Source: an uncultured virus (IMG/VR IMGVR_UViG_3300027668_000009) (Duplodnaviria; Heunggongvirae; Uroviricota; Caudoviricetes). Taken from it: DNA of 57,864 bases. This document shows positions 1 to 9,922 of the stretch, in pieces. The position numbers and the translations under genes are program-made. A model generated the notes under the pieces. It searched no databases. It saw only the letters and a list, made by a program, of their open reading frames with translations, and had not been told where the DNA came from. The DNA lies in IMG/VR virus record IMGVR_UViG_3300027668_000009; one strand, written 5' to 3'. Within the stretch, counting starts at the first letter, position 1. Each line of letters begins with the position of its first letter.

Positions 1-1208
1 GAAACCATACCATATCTAGTTTTGAAACCGATTTTTGGTTGGAAAGTATTCTCACCGACAGCACGAACCATTTGTAATGGTACGTAAGGACAGTAGAAAA
101 GACCAGCATCATAAGGGTTAGTTCCTCTATAACCTACAGTCAAGTAATCAACACCAGCATATGGGTCGACGTATACTTTAACTCTTCCGTTTAGGATACC
201 AGCAAATGTATTGCCAGTGTCGTCAACGTTTAAGTTTGTAGATAAAGCAGGTGCGTAATCTAATACTCCTGCCATTGAAAGAGCAGATGCTACGTCTGAA
301 GAACATAGGATAAAGTTACCTTTTCCTCTTCTTGTTTCTTTAGCTATCTTGTTTGACTCTCTTTCGATTTGGAACAATAATCCTTTAAATTTCTCAACAG
401 ACCATCTTCCGTTTGCGTCAACGTCTAAGTTGAACGTTCCAGCAGTAGCAGTTGCAGCTGCACCTACTTTAGCTTGAACGTTAACATTTCTGATAACTTC
501 ACGGTTGATTTCTGCAAGAATTTCTGATGAAAGAATATTTGCAAGTTCTGATTCTGCATCAAGACCGTGGATTGCTTTGAGGTCTTGTGCTAATTCGAGT
601 GTGTACTCTGCTTTTAATGCTCTGGATTTTGCAGTTACGGTTGCTTTCTCAATGCTGAATGCCATTTGAGCGAAACCGTTTGATGCTTCAACGTCTCCAA
701 GTGCTTCTGCACTTGCTGTTGACATACCCGCACCTGTATCAGTCGCATATGAACCATTGAATGGGTCATTATTACGTGCTGCTAAAGGGCCGTCAGCGAC
801 AACTTGGTTGTCATTGGAATACTTAGTATCTGCTTCGTTAAATAACGCTTCAGTTTTACCTTCTCTTCCTGCTGATGGATAGTCATTGTATCTTGCTTTC
901 ATAGCAAAGATAAGCCCTGTTGGGCCAGTCATTGGTTGAACACCACAAATGTCGTATGCAACGAGATTTGGCATGGCTCTACGTACTAATGAAATCAAGA
1001 TTGGATTCCAGTTAGATACTGCAGAACTTCCAGTAGCATTTAAAGGTGCTGCTTCGTCAAGAGTTTGACCTTCTTCGAAAAGGGCCTTCTCTTGGTTTTC
1101 AAGAATAACAGCAGTAACGGCACGCTTGTAGTTGTCTTCGATTTTTGGTAAATCGGAGTGTTCTAGAATCGGCTGCCACTTCTCTTGTAAGTTTTCTGAT
1201 AAAAACAT
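1..1208 (-). CDS. gp23: Major capsid protein (3' end outside window)
   Basis: Not in ORF track; ATG at 1208 reads MFLSENLQEKWQPILEHSDLPKIEDNYKRAVTAVILENQE...LISLVRRAMPNLVAYDICGVQPMTGPTGLIFAMKARY..., typical T4-like MCP; follows gp22. Confidence 0.97.
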   Translation of the reverse strand, partial: MFLSENLQEKWQPILEHSDLPKIEDNYKRAVTAVILENQEKALFEEGQTLDEAAPLNATGSSAVSNWNPILISLVRRAMPNLVAYDICGVQPMTGPTGLIFAMKARYNDYPSAGREGKTEALFNEADTKYSNDNQVVADGPLAARNNDPFNGSYATDTGAGMSTASAEALGDVEASNGFAQMAFSIEKATVTAKSRALKAEYTLELAQDLKAIHGLDAESELANILSSEILAEINREVIRNVNVQAKVGAAATATAGTFNLDVDANGRWSVEKFKGLLFQIERESNKIAKETRRGKGNFILCSSDVASALSMAGVLDYAPALSTNLNVDDTGNTFAGILNGRVKVYVDPYAGVDYLTVGYRGTNPYDAGLFYCPYVPLQMVRAVGENTFQPKIGFKTRYGMV

Positions 1209-1223
1209 AATTTTTCCTTTAAA

Positions 1224-2576
1224 TTAACCTAATGGTTTTAGTTTTGTTATTGCTTGAGTGTACTGTTGCATATCGGGTGCAAGTGTTGGTGCAGATTGCT
1301 CTGAGATAACACCTGTTCCTTCTTCTACAATAGTATCCTCAACTAGTTTGTCAATGTCATTTGGGAAGTAAGCTTCTGCAATTTCAGCAATCTTCTCAGC
1401 GAAGTCTGCCTCATCTTTAAAGTCTACACCATTTGACAATGATTCTAGCTTCTCTTTTTGTGATTCGGACAAACTGTCACCAGCTGCCGTTACCACGTTA
1501 CTTCTCTTGAGGGCATCTAACTCTTCTGTGATGTCAATATTTCTACTAACTTCACCATCAAGTTTCTGTTCCATCTCGTCGAGACGATTTGCGAGTTCAT
1601 CGATAACGTTGTACTTATCTTCTGGCACGTCAACATAATGTTCTGTGAACAATGTTTTCAAACCATCGATGAAGTTTTCTGTCATCTCTGCTCTCAATCC
1701 TCTTTCTATTGCAAGTTCGTTTTCTTTCGTCCACTCTTCTGCAACATATGAAAGATATTTATCAACACCTTCCGCTAGGTCGGTTTTGATTTTTTCCACT
1801 GAGGATTTTAATTCTTCTGTGTACTGAGTCTCTAGGGACTCTTTAATTTCTGCAACTTTTGAAGTCACTGCAGCTTTGAAGATAGTTCTAGCTTTGTCAG
1901 AATTCTCGTCTGATAAATCTAATGCTTCTGAGATTTTAGATAGGTCGTCTTCTACTTCAATCTCGATTAGATTTGCTTCGAGCTCTGCAGAAGTTTCTTC
2001 GTCAACTTCCTTCTCTTTCTTTTTATCTTCGTCTTCGTCATCACCCTTTTCGAAATTGAACTTTTCAGCGAAGTCTGCGACTGCATCTTCGTCCATTCCT
2101 TTTAGTGATTCTACTATTTTTCTAGCTACTTCTGCTTTAGTAAGGGTCTCGTCAACTTCTTCTTCTGATATAGAACTAAATCTACTTTGAAGTTCTTCCT
2201 TAGTCATTTCCTTCATATTGTTGACGATAGCTTTGATAGATTCCATTTTAGTAGATTTAACTACGTCTTTAGATTCTTCTTCTTCTTCTGAAACTTTTGC
2301 AAGTTTAGGTTGCTTGTCTGCCTTACCAGCATTCTTTTGTTGGGCATCACCACTTACTGGTTTCTGTCCTTCTGCTTTCTTGATAGATGCAACTGCTTTG
2401 TCAACAGGATTTTCTTCGGGTTTAACGACTTCTGCTTTACCTTGACCTACGGTCTCGGCGTCAGATGAACCTTGCTTTACAGGTTTCGCGTCACCTTTTT
2501 GAGCACCGTCTGTAGGTTGTTTCACTTCAGAAACTTCTACTTCTGTACTTTCTAGGTTATTTTCTAACTCTGCCAT
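1224..2576 (-). CDS. gp22: Prohead core scaffolding protein with long acidic N-terminal region
   Basis: KARTIFKAAV, VDKYLSYVAEEWTKENELAIERGLRAEMTENFIDGLKTLFTEHYVDVP; between gp21 and gp23. Confidence 0.92.
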   Translation of the reverse strand: MAELENNLESTEVEVSEVKQPTDGAQKGDAKPVKQGSSDAETVGQGKAEVVKPEENPVDKAVASIKKAEGQKPVSGDAQQKNAGKADKQPKLAKVSEEEEESKDVVKSTKMESIKAIVNNMKEMTKEELQSRFSSISEEEVDETLTKAEVARKIVESLKGMDEDAVADFAEKFNFEKGDDEDEDKKKEKEVDEETSAELEANLIEIEVEDDLSKISEALDLSDENSDKARTIFKAAVTSKVAEIKESLETQYTEELKSSVEKIKTDLAEGVDKYLSYVAEEWTKENELAIERGLRAEMTENFIDGLKTLFTEHYVDVPEDKYNVIDELANRLDEMEQKLDGEVSRNIDITEELDALKRSNVVTAAGDSLSESQKEKLESLSNGVDFKDEADFAEKIAEIAEAYFPNDIDKLVEDTIVEEGTGVISEQSAPTLAPDMQQYTQAITKLKPLG

Positions 2577-2604
2577 GTTTTTCTCCTGTTTGAGTTTACT
2601 TTTT

Positions 2605-2612
2605 TATTTATA
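2605..2612 (-). promoter_or_regulatory. T4-type late promoter TATAAATA upstream of gp22
   Basis: Exact TATAAATA on minus strand in intergenic gap. Confidence 0.8.
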
Positions 2613-2614
2613 TG

Positions 2615-3268
2615 TTAAAGGCTTTCAACAAACCTTTTCCATAGATTTAACTTAGTTTCTTCTAATTTATTCAGCTTAGCACCCCTTAATTGAGTCCTCA
2701 TGCTGTCTGCGTCAACTGCTTTTAATATACCGTTAGACATAATCCACTCTACACCCTCGTAAATACCTTCAACGAAGGCCTCGGGAGCAGATGGGTCTGC
2801 CACTATATCGGCTGCTGTTGCCAATTGGAAGTCACCTTTTACGTATTGAGCACCACCTTTTTCTTCCAAAGAACCTAATCCTCTAGATGAAACTCCTAAT
2901 TTGGCACCATCGTCGATAAGATTTCTTACAATCTGACCGTTTGGTGTGCTCAAAATCTTTGCACGTCCTATATAATTGTTACCATCTTCTTCTAAAGATG
3001 TAATCATATGTGACACTTTATCAAGATTGATAGTCGGGCCCTCGGGATGACCGAGTTCTCCGAATGCTCTATCCTTCTCAATGAATTCTTTTCTATAACG
3101 GTTAACTTCTTTTTCCATAATTGCTTTAGGATAGACTCTACCGTTTCTATTTTTTATTTCTGACTGCATGAAGACACCTTCTATGAAGTATTCCTTCTTG
3201 CCTTCACTGTTTGCTTCAACAATGACTGGTGACATTTGATAGTCGTTATATTCAGATATTAATTTCAT
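2615..3268 (-). CDS. gp21: Prohead protease
   Basis: KNRNGRVYP, GELGHP, LGVSSRGLGSL, DIVADPSAPEAFV motifs. Confidence 0.96.
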   Translation of the reverse strand: MKLISEYNDYQMSPVIVEANSEGKKEYFIEGVFMQSEIKNRNGRVYPKAIMEKEVNRYRKEFIEKDRAFGELGHPEGPTINLDKVSHMITSLEEDGNNYIGRAKILSTPNGQIVRNLIDDGAKLGVSSRGLGSLEEKGGAQYVKGDFQLATAADIVADPSAPEAFVEGIYEGVEWIMSNGILKAVDADSMRTQLRGAKLNKLEETKLNLWKRFVESL

Positions 3269-3554
3269 TTATAATTTCCTCTACTGTTATTCCTTCTTCA
3301 GACATGGTAGACATTATCTTTTTAATGTCTTTCATCTCTTTCTCTGCAGCTTTCAAATCCTTATAAGAATTATCACCACTGAATAAATTACCATCCATAT
3401 ACACATCAACTCTATTCTTTCTGTTCTGTGCATACGACACCATCACTTTTTTCGAACCAATCCTTACCGAATCACTTTTGAGTTCTTTTGAACCTGTTGG
3501 CAACTTTAATTTTGCCTCGTTCAACTCATTAGATAATACGTTAAAGGATTTCAC
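3252..3554 (-). CDS. Hypothetical protein at the gp68 (prohead core) position
   Basis: 100-aa ORF with GTG start between the gp67-like gene and gp21; synteny only. Confidence 0.6.
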   Translation of the reverse strand: MKSFNVLSNELNEAKLKLPTGSKELKSDSVRIGSKKVMVSYAQNRKNRVDVYMDGNLFSGDNSYKDLKAAEKEMKDIKKIMSTMSEEGITVEEIINEINI

Positions 3555-3557
3555 TAA

Positions 3558-3737
3558 CTACTCTCCAGTAGGTTCTTTAGTGGGATTATCCATCCAGTCG
3601 ACTTGAGCATTAACTCGTTTCATGTCGACAGCATCCGCTGCACTCTGTTTAAGTCCATCACCGATAGACCCTCTTGCAGCTTCGAATTGACCTTGTTCTA
3701 TTTGGTCAACTATACTTTTTGCTATTTCACTACTCAT
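3558..3737 (-). CDS. Small prohead core protein, gp67-like (59 aa)
   Basis: Below ORF-track cutoff; MSSEIAKSIVDQIEQGQFEAARGSIGDGLKQSAADAVDMKRVNAQVDWMDNPTKEPTGE*; directly after portal as for T4 gp67. Confidence 0.7.
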   Translation of the reverse strand: MSSEIAKSIVDQIEQGQFEAARGSIGDGLKQSAADAVDMKRVNAQVDWMDNPTKEPTGE

Positions 3738-3740
3738 ATT

Positions 3741-5279
3741 TTAAAAACTCCCGAAGTCATCTTCGTCTTCTTCATCGCCCTTATCACTATTTCCTTCTTT
3801 AGCGATTTGAGCATCAATTATTTTTATGTCTTCTTCTGATTGTCTTAGTATATACTTTCTAATGTACTCATCTGAATAGTACTTACCAACATACTCTGAA
3901 GCCTGACCGAGAGTATCTAATCTCTCTCTTAAAATCTCTGCATCCTTCAACTCTGTAAAATGGTTGTCGGTTGTAAAATCATACTGTAAGAAGTCTTTGA
4001 CTTTGTCAAACTCCTCACCACTTACGATTTCCTTAAGTACTAATTGTGTCTTAAGAATATCTGTAAAAACTCTTCCAAACTTCTTCTGAAGTCTGTTTGT
4101 GAACTTATTAAATTTAAGTTCGTCTCTAGAAATTTCAGATGAACGACCCATGTTGAATCCGTTATCTGCTTCCATTCTAGATGAAGGTACGTTTAGAGAT
4201 TGATATAACTTCTTCTTGAAGTATTCTATATCATCTATGTCTGCTAGGTTTTGTCCGCCTGGCAATGTAGTAATCTCTGTTCCTCTACCACCTTCTCTTC
4301 TTGGTAACCAAAAATCTTCTAACATACTCATATGTTTTCTATCATCTTTGATTTCACCTGTATCTGCATTGTAAACCAACTTGTTCTTGTATCGGTTCAT
4401 TACATCAGCAAGATACTGTTCTGCCTTTGCTTTTGGAAGGTTACCTACGTCGATGTAGAATATCCTTCTTTCGGGGGCTCTTGAAATCCTATAGATAACA
4501 AGTGCATCTTCCATCATTGATAACTGATTTGCAGTCTTCAATGCCTTGTGCAGATACCCGATAACTACGTTCTTAGTGTAGTCAAGTAATCCCGAAGTTG
4601 TATAACATACTGCCTCGGGTGCGATTCGTACAGTGTTTCCTTCCGCTGCACTAGTCTTATCAAAACCTTTATCATTGAATACGAAGAACTCTTCTATCTT
4701 AGAAACCCTTTCTATCTTAGTCTTTGGGTCTCTTTCCTTCTCAATGTTTCTAACCTTCTTAATCTTAATAGGGTCAATATTTCTCAAGTCCATGATACCA
4801 GCTTTTGGTTTTTTGCCGTCCACGACTTTATGGAAGTATATCCTTCCATCCACGTACCATTTTCTGAATAATTCATGAGAGTTCTGATTGAACTTCATCA
4901 TTGATAGGATGCTACTGAACTCGTCTTGTACCTTGTTTTTGATACTGTCAGAGAGTTTAACATCTCTGAGGTCGAGTGACACTATCCTATCGGAACTATC
5001 CGATGTGATACACTCATTAATAATGTCTTCGATAGCAGAGTCACACTCTGGCACCAAAGATATTTCACGGTATCGTCTAATGAGTTCTGCCTCATTTTTG
5101 ATACCACCTTCCATATCGATGTAAGCACCGTATGCTCCACCCGATATAAAACCGCTCTGTTGTTGTATGACTGGCGTACCGTCATCATCAACTGGGGGTA
5201 CAAATGATGGAGATGAGGGCATCTCCTTCGTTCGTAATTCATCCTTTTTACGGGATATTTCAAATCCTAATATTTCCAT
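3741..5279 (-). CDS. gp20: Portal protein
   Basis: YRISRAPERRIFYIDVGNLPKAKAEQY, MLEDFWLPRREGGRGTEITTLPGGQNL. Confidence 0.98.
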   Translation of the reverse strand: MEILGFEISRKKDELRTKEMPSSPSFVPPVDDDGTPVIQQQSGFISGGAYGAYIDMEGGIKNEAELIRRYREISLVPECDSAIEDIINECITSDSSDRIVSLDLRDVKLSDSIKNKVQDEFSSILSMMKFNQNSHELFRKWYVDGRIYFHKVVDGKKPKAGIMDLRNIDPIKIKKVRNIEKERDPKTKIERVSKIEEFFVFNDKGFDKTSAAEGNTVRIAPEAVCYTTSGLLDYTKNVVIGYLHKALKTANQLSMMEDALVIYRISRAPERRIFYIDVGNLPKAKAEQYLADVMNRYKNKLVYNADTGEIKDDRKHMSMLEDFWLPRREGGRGTEITTLPGGQNLADIDDIEYFKKKLYQSLNVPSSRMEADNGFNMGRSSEISRDELKFNKFTNRLQKKFGRVFTDILKTQLVLKEIVSGEEFDKVKDFLQYDFTTDNHFTELKDAEILRERLDTLGQASEYVGKYYSDEYIRKYILRQSEEDIKIIDAQIAKEGNSDKGDEEDEDDFGSF

Positions 5280-5284
5280 AACTA

Positions 5285-5292
5285 TATTTATA
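5285..5292 (-). promoter_or_regulatory. Late promoter TATAAATA upstream of gp20
   Basis: Exact motif; only 5 nt before ATG, so transcript would be nearly leaderless. Confidence 0.65.
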
Positions 5293-5322
5293 CCACTCCA
5301 AAAGTGGTTTTTTTCACTTTAA

Positions 5323-5820
5323 TTAAAGGACTCTTTCCCAATGAGAGAAAGCTATTTCAACTGTAAATTCTTCTAATGCATCGACTGTTTCATAACTTAA
5401 TGCTATTTCACCGATGTTTTTAGGGAACATGTTGAAGAACTCGTATCTCGCTAGAACTGAGTCATCTTTGTTTAACTGTTCTACAAATCCTCTAGATAAT
5501 AAGTAATCTAAAGTTGTAGAGCCTTCACCACTATCCATTGCTTGGATTTCCATCTGCCATGCTTCAAGAGCAGTTCTTGCAGAGAATTCCATATCATTGA
5601 TGATAGTAACTGACCAGTCTGCGAAACTTCTTTCACCTGCCAGTTTTAGAACCATTCCTCTAAAAGGAACTGGTGTTTCACTCAAGGTTGCAGCTGGAAT
5701 GTTTGCACCCTTACACATGAACTCGATATTGTTTCCAGCTCTTGGTAAGAATACTCTAAAACGGTTTGCTCTTGGGCCACCACCGATTAGTTGTGCTTTA
5801 AATTGGTCTATTGTTGCCAT
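5323..5820 (-). CDS. gp19: Tail tube protein
   Basis: GGPRANRFRV, PFRGMVLKLAGERSFADWSVTIIND; after sheath. Confidence 0.95.
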   Translation of the reverse strand: MATIDQFKAQLIGGGPRANRFRVFLPRAGNNIEFMCKGANIPAATLSETPVPFRGMVLKLAGERSFADWSVTIINDMEFSARTALEAWQMEIQAMDSGEGSTTLDYLLSRGFVEQLNKDDSVLARYEFFNMFPKNIGEIALSYETVDALEEFTVEIAFSHWERVL

Positions 5821-5832
5821 GTTTTATACTCC

Positions 5833-7833
5833 TTAAACTGCGCCATAGATTTCACTAAACTCAACACCCGACCTTGCAGCCACGAAGTTAAGAGTGATAA
5901 AGTTAATACTTCTAGCAGGTTTAACAAAGATAGAACAAACGAATTCGTTTCTATCAATGACACTATCAGTGTTGTTTGTTTCGTCACAAACTACTGAAAA
6001 GTCTACTAGTCCTCTTCTGTTTTTTACATCTCTTAGGAAAGGTTCTACTGCAGCTCTAAATTGTGCTCTTGTGAATGCATCGTTGAATTCAAAGAGTTGT
6101 GCTTTCGCAGCTGTTGATATTGCCTTCTCTAATACTATGAATAATCTTCTGACATTAATTCTATCAAATGCTGATGGAGAACTTAATGCTGTCTTATCAC
6201 CGTAAAGAATTGTTCCTTGGCCTGGGAATGTTACTACTGGATTAACTCTTGCTCTGTACAAGTCATCTCTAGATGCTTGTGAAGGGTTAAACGCAAGTTT
6301 AGTAATTCCTAGGTACTGTCCTCTTGAGAATCCTGCTGGTGAGAACCATGCATCTCTAAGTAGGTCAGACCTTGCCATTATGCCTGCTGTATGTCCGTTA
6401 GCAGGTACGTAACAGTACTTATCGTTGTATCTGTCGTACTGATATGTCCAACCGCTGTCGATTACGGCATATGAACTTGAAGACATAGTGTTAGCAGTGG
6501 TTATAACGTTACTTGATTGTGTTGACTCTGAAGTAACACCAACAACGTCTGCACGTCTTGGTGACATAACTGCGACACAATCTTTTCTTGATTCTGCAAT
6601 CATTACCGCTTGATTAGAAAGTGTAGTCCAGTCTGCAAGAATGTCTTGGTCTGTTCCACTTCCATTATCAGTTCTTGAAGAACCTACGATTAGGAAAGAT
6701 ATATCTGTTGTTTCACCATCTTTGAAATGAGTTTCCCATGCACCGTACTTCTGAGCTGCTGTTGCAGTTCTTCCGTTGGCACCATTTGCTAGGGATGTAG
6801 TCTCTGGCAATGTAGGTCTTCCGAATGCTTTGCCTGAAGTAGCAGATATTGCATGAGTTCTGTTTTCATTTGCAGTGTTTACCATTGCAGTTGAATGGAA
6901 TGTCCAATATATGTACTCTGATTTATTTGCTATTACTTTTTTGTAATAGTTAGTCTCACCACTTGCATCTTTTGCGTCTGACGCAAGAGAAACAAATCCG
7001 TAAGTTTCTAAAATTGAATGTCTAACACCACTGATTGCACCGTCTTCGTCGGATACAACAACGTGAATCTCGTCAGCAACTCCACCCGCTGCAGTTGCAG
7101 AAGTAGATGTGCCAGGAGCTTTATCGAATGATGCAAAGAATTCCCAGTATCTATTTACTGCAGAACCATTAGCAACTGTTGCAATTAGACCTGTCCCTGT
7201 AGGTTGACCTAATGCTTCGATTGTTATAATGTCTGTGTTGATTGCAGTAACACGATATTGTTGTGTTACAGCAGCGAATGTTATGATGTCTCTGACTTTT
7301 AATAATGCTCCACCACCACTCGCAAGAGTGATTAGTGTTTGACCAGCTGCTTCTTCAGCACCTGTTGTCGTTGCAGCGTCATTGTAATATGCATCGGGTG
7401 ATGTACATACAGAAACTTTTAATGAATTACCTAAGACGCCAGGGCATCGTGCAATCCATTTTCCTACTGTTGAACCTAGAGCGCCTGTTTCATAAGATGC
7501 GACGTAAGTGTCGTTGTTCTTAAGAAGTGATGTAGTAGAACCACCAGCGTTTGCACTAAACAAACCTGTAGTTCCGACTCTAACGACTCTTAATGATGAA
7601 CCATATCTTAAAAATGCTTCTGCTGAATAAAAGTCTTCTGCTCCAGCATTGGTATTAGCTGGTTCTGAGAACTCTTCTACTAAAGCCTTTGTGTCTGAAA
7701 CTGTCTTAACTTCATCAACAGGGCCCCATTGGAATGAACCAGCGAAAGCACCAGTTGTGCTTGATACTGCTGGTACAACATTTGTAAGGTCAACCTCTTT
7801 GACCTGTACGCCTGGTGATACTTGAAATGCCAT
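5833..7833 (-). CDS. gp18: Tail sheath protein
   Basis: SPGVQVKEVDLT, WFSPAGFSRG, FDRINVRRLF, FEFNDAFTR. Confidence 0.98.
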   Translation of the reverse strand: MAFQVSPGVQVKEVDLTNVVPAVSSTTGAFAGSFQWGPVDEVKTVSDTKALVEEFSEPANTNAGAEDFYSAEAFLRYGSSLRVVRVGTTGLFSANAGGSTTSLLKNNDTYVASYETGALGSTVGKWIARCPGVLGNSLKVSVCTSPDAYYNDAATTTGAEEAAGQTLITLASGGGALLKVRDIITFAAVTQQYRVTAINTDIITIEALGQPTGTGLIATVANGSAVNRYWEFFASFDKAPGTSTSATAAGGVADEIHVVVSDEDGAISGVRHSILETYGFVSLASDAKDASGETNYYKKVIANKSEYIYWTFHSTAMVNTANENRTHAISATSGKAFGRPTLPETTSLANGANGRTATAAQKYGAWETHFKDGETTDISFLIVGSSRTDNGSGTDQDILADWTTLSNQAVMIAESRKDCVAVMSPRRADVVGVTSESTQSSNVITTANTMSSSSYAVIDSGWTYQYDRYNDKYCYVPANGHTAGIMARSDLLRDAWFSPAGFSRGQYLGITKLAFNPSQASRDDLYRARVNPVVTFPGQGTILYGDKTALSSPSAFDRINVRRLFIVLEKAISTAAKAQLFEFNDAFTRAQFRAAVEPFLRDVKNRRGLVDFSVVCDETNNTDSVIDRNEFVCSIFVKPARSINFITLNFVAARSGVEFSEIYGAV

Positions 7834-7872
7834 ACTTTTTCTCCTGTTAATGTAAAAAGTTGTTTACTGTTT

Positions 7873-7880
7873 TATTTATA
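7873..7880 (-). promoter_or_regulatory. Late promoter TATAAATA upstream of gp18
   Basis: Exact motif in intergenic gap. Confidence 0.8.
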
Positions 7881-7914
7881 ACTTTTAATTTCCTATTAAA
7901 TGGCACTAAGGCCA

Positions 7915-9501
7915 TCACATGTTTTTGTGATACCATCTATCACCTTCCTTATCCACAAATGAAGATTCTTGAGGACTTCCCTCTCCGAAGACTCCTGCTG
8001 GTAGCAAATCGTCTTGGATTATCTTCTGTTGTTCGGCATACAACAAGTCTTTAACTTGTGTATCGGTTAAGTGATAGAAGTATTCTGTAGTGATAAACCA
8101 ACTAAACAGGACAATATTCATTACCATGTCGTCGTGATAACCTCTATCAGCTTCGAAACTTGTACCTTTATTTATAAAGGTCATGAGCTCGGTTATTGTA
8201 GGCCTATCCACTAACTCTAATCTGTGTTCTTCTAACAATTCTTTCATTGTTGAACAACCGATTCGTTTAATCTTTCTTGACATCGTAACTCCGATGTCGG
8301 CTGCACTTGCAAAACCTTGGGTAAAAACGTTCTCATACTCAATGTCATAGTGCAATTGATTAGCAACCATAGCACCTTCATTATTATTTTCAATTATTAC
8401 AATTGGTTTATTATAAGGTGTTACAAACTTATTTATAATATCGGGGAAGAGAAGGGGACTTATCATGTTATCTCTGTACACAGCCACCTGTTTAAAGGGT
8501 TGTATGGAGACATCAAAGATTGTGAACGTACTCCAATCCATCCCCCTACCCTTTGCAACATCGACTGTTACTATGTATTCATGACCCTCTACTGGTTTAT
8601 CATACATCGTAAACCCATCTCTCACCCATTCACCGTCTATTGCTTTCATTTCCAATAGGGTGTTACTATTAATAAGAGTATTACCAGTTCCTAAGAACGA
8701 GTTACCATACTCTTGTTCAAACTGTGCTTCGGATGTGTTGCCGATTGTTTGTTGTTTCCATGCTTCATCTCTGCCTGGCACATCAAACCAGTTAATAAGG
8801 AAGTCTTTATAGTCCGACTGGCCATGTACTGCACTCTCATATATCTTATGGAACATATTACCTACACCGTTTGCAGTAGAGGTAATGATAACCTTGGAGT
8901 TTTTACCCGAGGTAACAACTGGATATGTTGCAGTATAGAAGGTTGCAGCGTCTTCTACGAATGCAAACTCATCTAGATATAGTAAGTTAATTGACATACC
9001 ACGAATAGATGATGAGGATGTTGCAGCTGCAACTACCTTTGAATCGTTTGCAAATTCTATTGAACCTTTGTTAAGAATCTTAACGCCGGGCTGTAGAAAG
9101 AACGGAACTGATTCTAACATAGTAACAATACGTGCAATCATCTCCCTTGCAATTGCACCTTTGTTTGCAAGAACCGCTACGGTAACTTCGGGATGAAATA
9201 CTAGGAACCATAGTAAGTAAGCACATGACGTAATGGATTTACCACTCTGTCTAGATGCAAGTACTACGTTAAACCTATTGTCGTTATAATGATTTATTAG
9301 TTTGTCTTGATACCCACGAAGTTTAAAGGGAACCATACCCTCGTCTAGTGAGATAATCTGTGTGTAATTCTCAATGAAATGACAAGGGTCTTCAGAACAT
9401 TTGATGTATTCTGCAAGCTCATCCTTGGTGTATTGTATATCAATACCACCTCTTTTGATGAGGTTGTTACCTAGATAACCTTCATTGGTTGGTGCAACCA
9501 T
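7915..9501 (-). CDS. gp17: Terminase large subunit
   Basis: Walker A SRQSGKS, Walker B LLYLDEFAF, nuclease VDVAKG and HDDMVM. Confidence 0.98.
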   Translation of the reverse strand: MVAPTNEGYLGNNLIKRGGIDIQYTKDELAEYIKCSEDPCHFIENYTQIISLDEGMVPFKLRGYQDKLINHYNDNRFNVVLASRQSGKSITSCAYLLWFLVFHPEVTVAVLANKGAIAREMIARIVTMLESVPFFLQPGVKILNKGSIEFANDSKVVAAATSSSSIRGMSINLLYLDEFAFVEDAATFYTATYPVVTSGKNSKVIITSTANGVGNMFHKIYESAVHGQSDYKDFLINWFDVPGRDEAWKQQTIGNTSEAQFEQEYGNSFLGTGNTLINSNTLLEMKAIDGEWVRDGFTMYDKPVEGHEYIVTVDVAKGRGMDWSTFTIFDVSIQPFKQVAVYRDNMISPLLFPDIINKFVTPYNKPIVIIENNNEGAMVANQLHYDIEYENVFTQGFASAADIGVTMSRKIKRIGCSTMKELLEEHRLELVDRPTITELMTFINKGTSFEADRGYHDDMVMNIVLFSWFITTEYFYHLTDTQVKDLLYAEQQKIIQDDLLPAGVFGEGSPQESSFVDKEGDRWYHKNM

Positions 9502-9920
9502 TACTCTTTAGTCTTCTTCAAAAATTTCTGTAATTCTGAAGTTGAACCTACGTATAGATGATTGTGTTGTGTACCAACCTTTGGTTTATCATCGTCTTTC
9601 TCTAGGTCTTTAATCTTCTTTTGTAGGTCTAATAATTTCTCTGCAGTCTCACCGACTGTCTTAAGTAACTGACCAGCAACCTCGTATGCACGTGGGTGTT
9701 CAGTTTCTTTTGCAACCTCTAAGATACCATCGATAGCATCTTGGCCACGCTCTACAAGACCATAGAGATTCTCTCTTGCGTATTTGTAGTCGTTTATTAT
9801 GGATTCACCTCGGTCATTTAGTGACGGAAGCTTGTTCGGTATTACTTGAACTTCTTGTTTGATTTCTTTTTCGATACCAAGGATGTCATCCAGTTGGTTA
9901 TCTATTGTATCTTTCGCCAT
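9501..9920 (-). CDS. gp16: Terminase small subunit
   Basis: DYKYARENLY, HPRAYEVAGQL, VGSTSELQKFL; upstream of gp17. Confidence 0.92.
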   Translation of the reverse strand: MAKDTIDNQLDDILGIEKEIKQEVQVIPNKLPSLNDRGESIINDYKYARENLYGLVERGQDAIDGILEVAKETEHPRAYEVAGQLLKTVGETAEKLLDLQKKIKDLEKDDDKPKVGTQHNHLYVGSTSELQKFLKKTKE

Positions 9921-9922
9921 AA

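Noticed and set aside
3741..9501. Introns, inteins or homing endonucleases in portal, sheath or terminase
   Set aside because: ORFs are continuous and of normal length; no such motifs seen.
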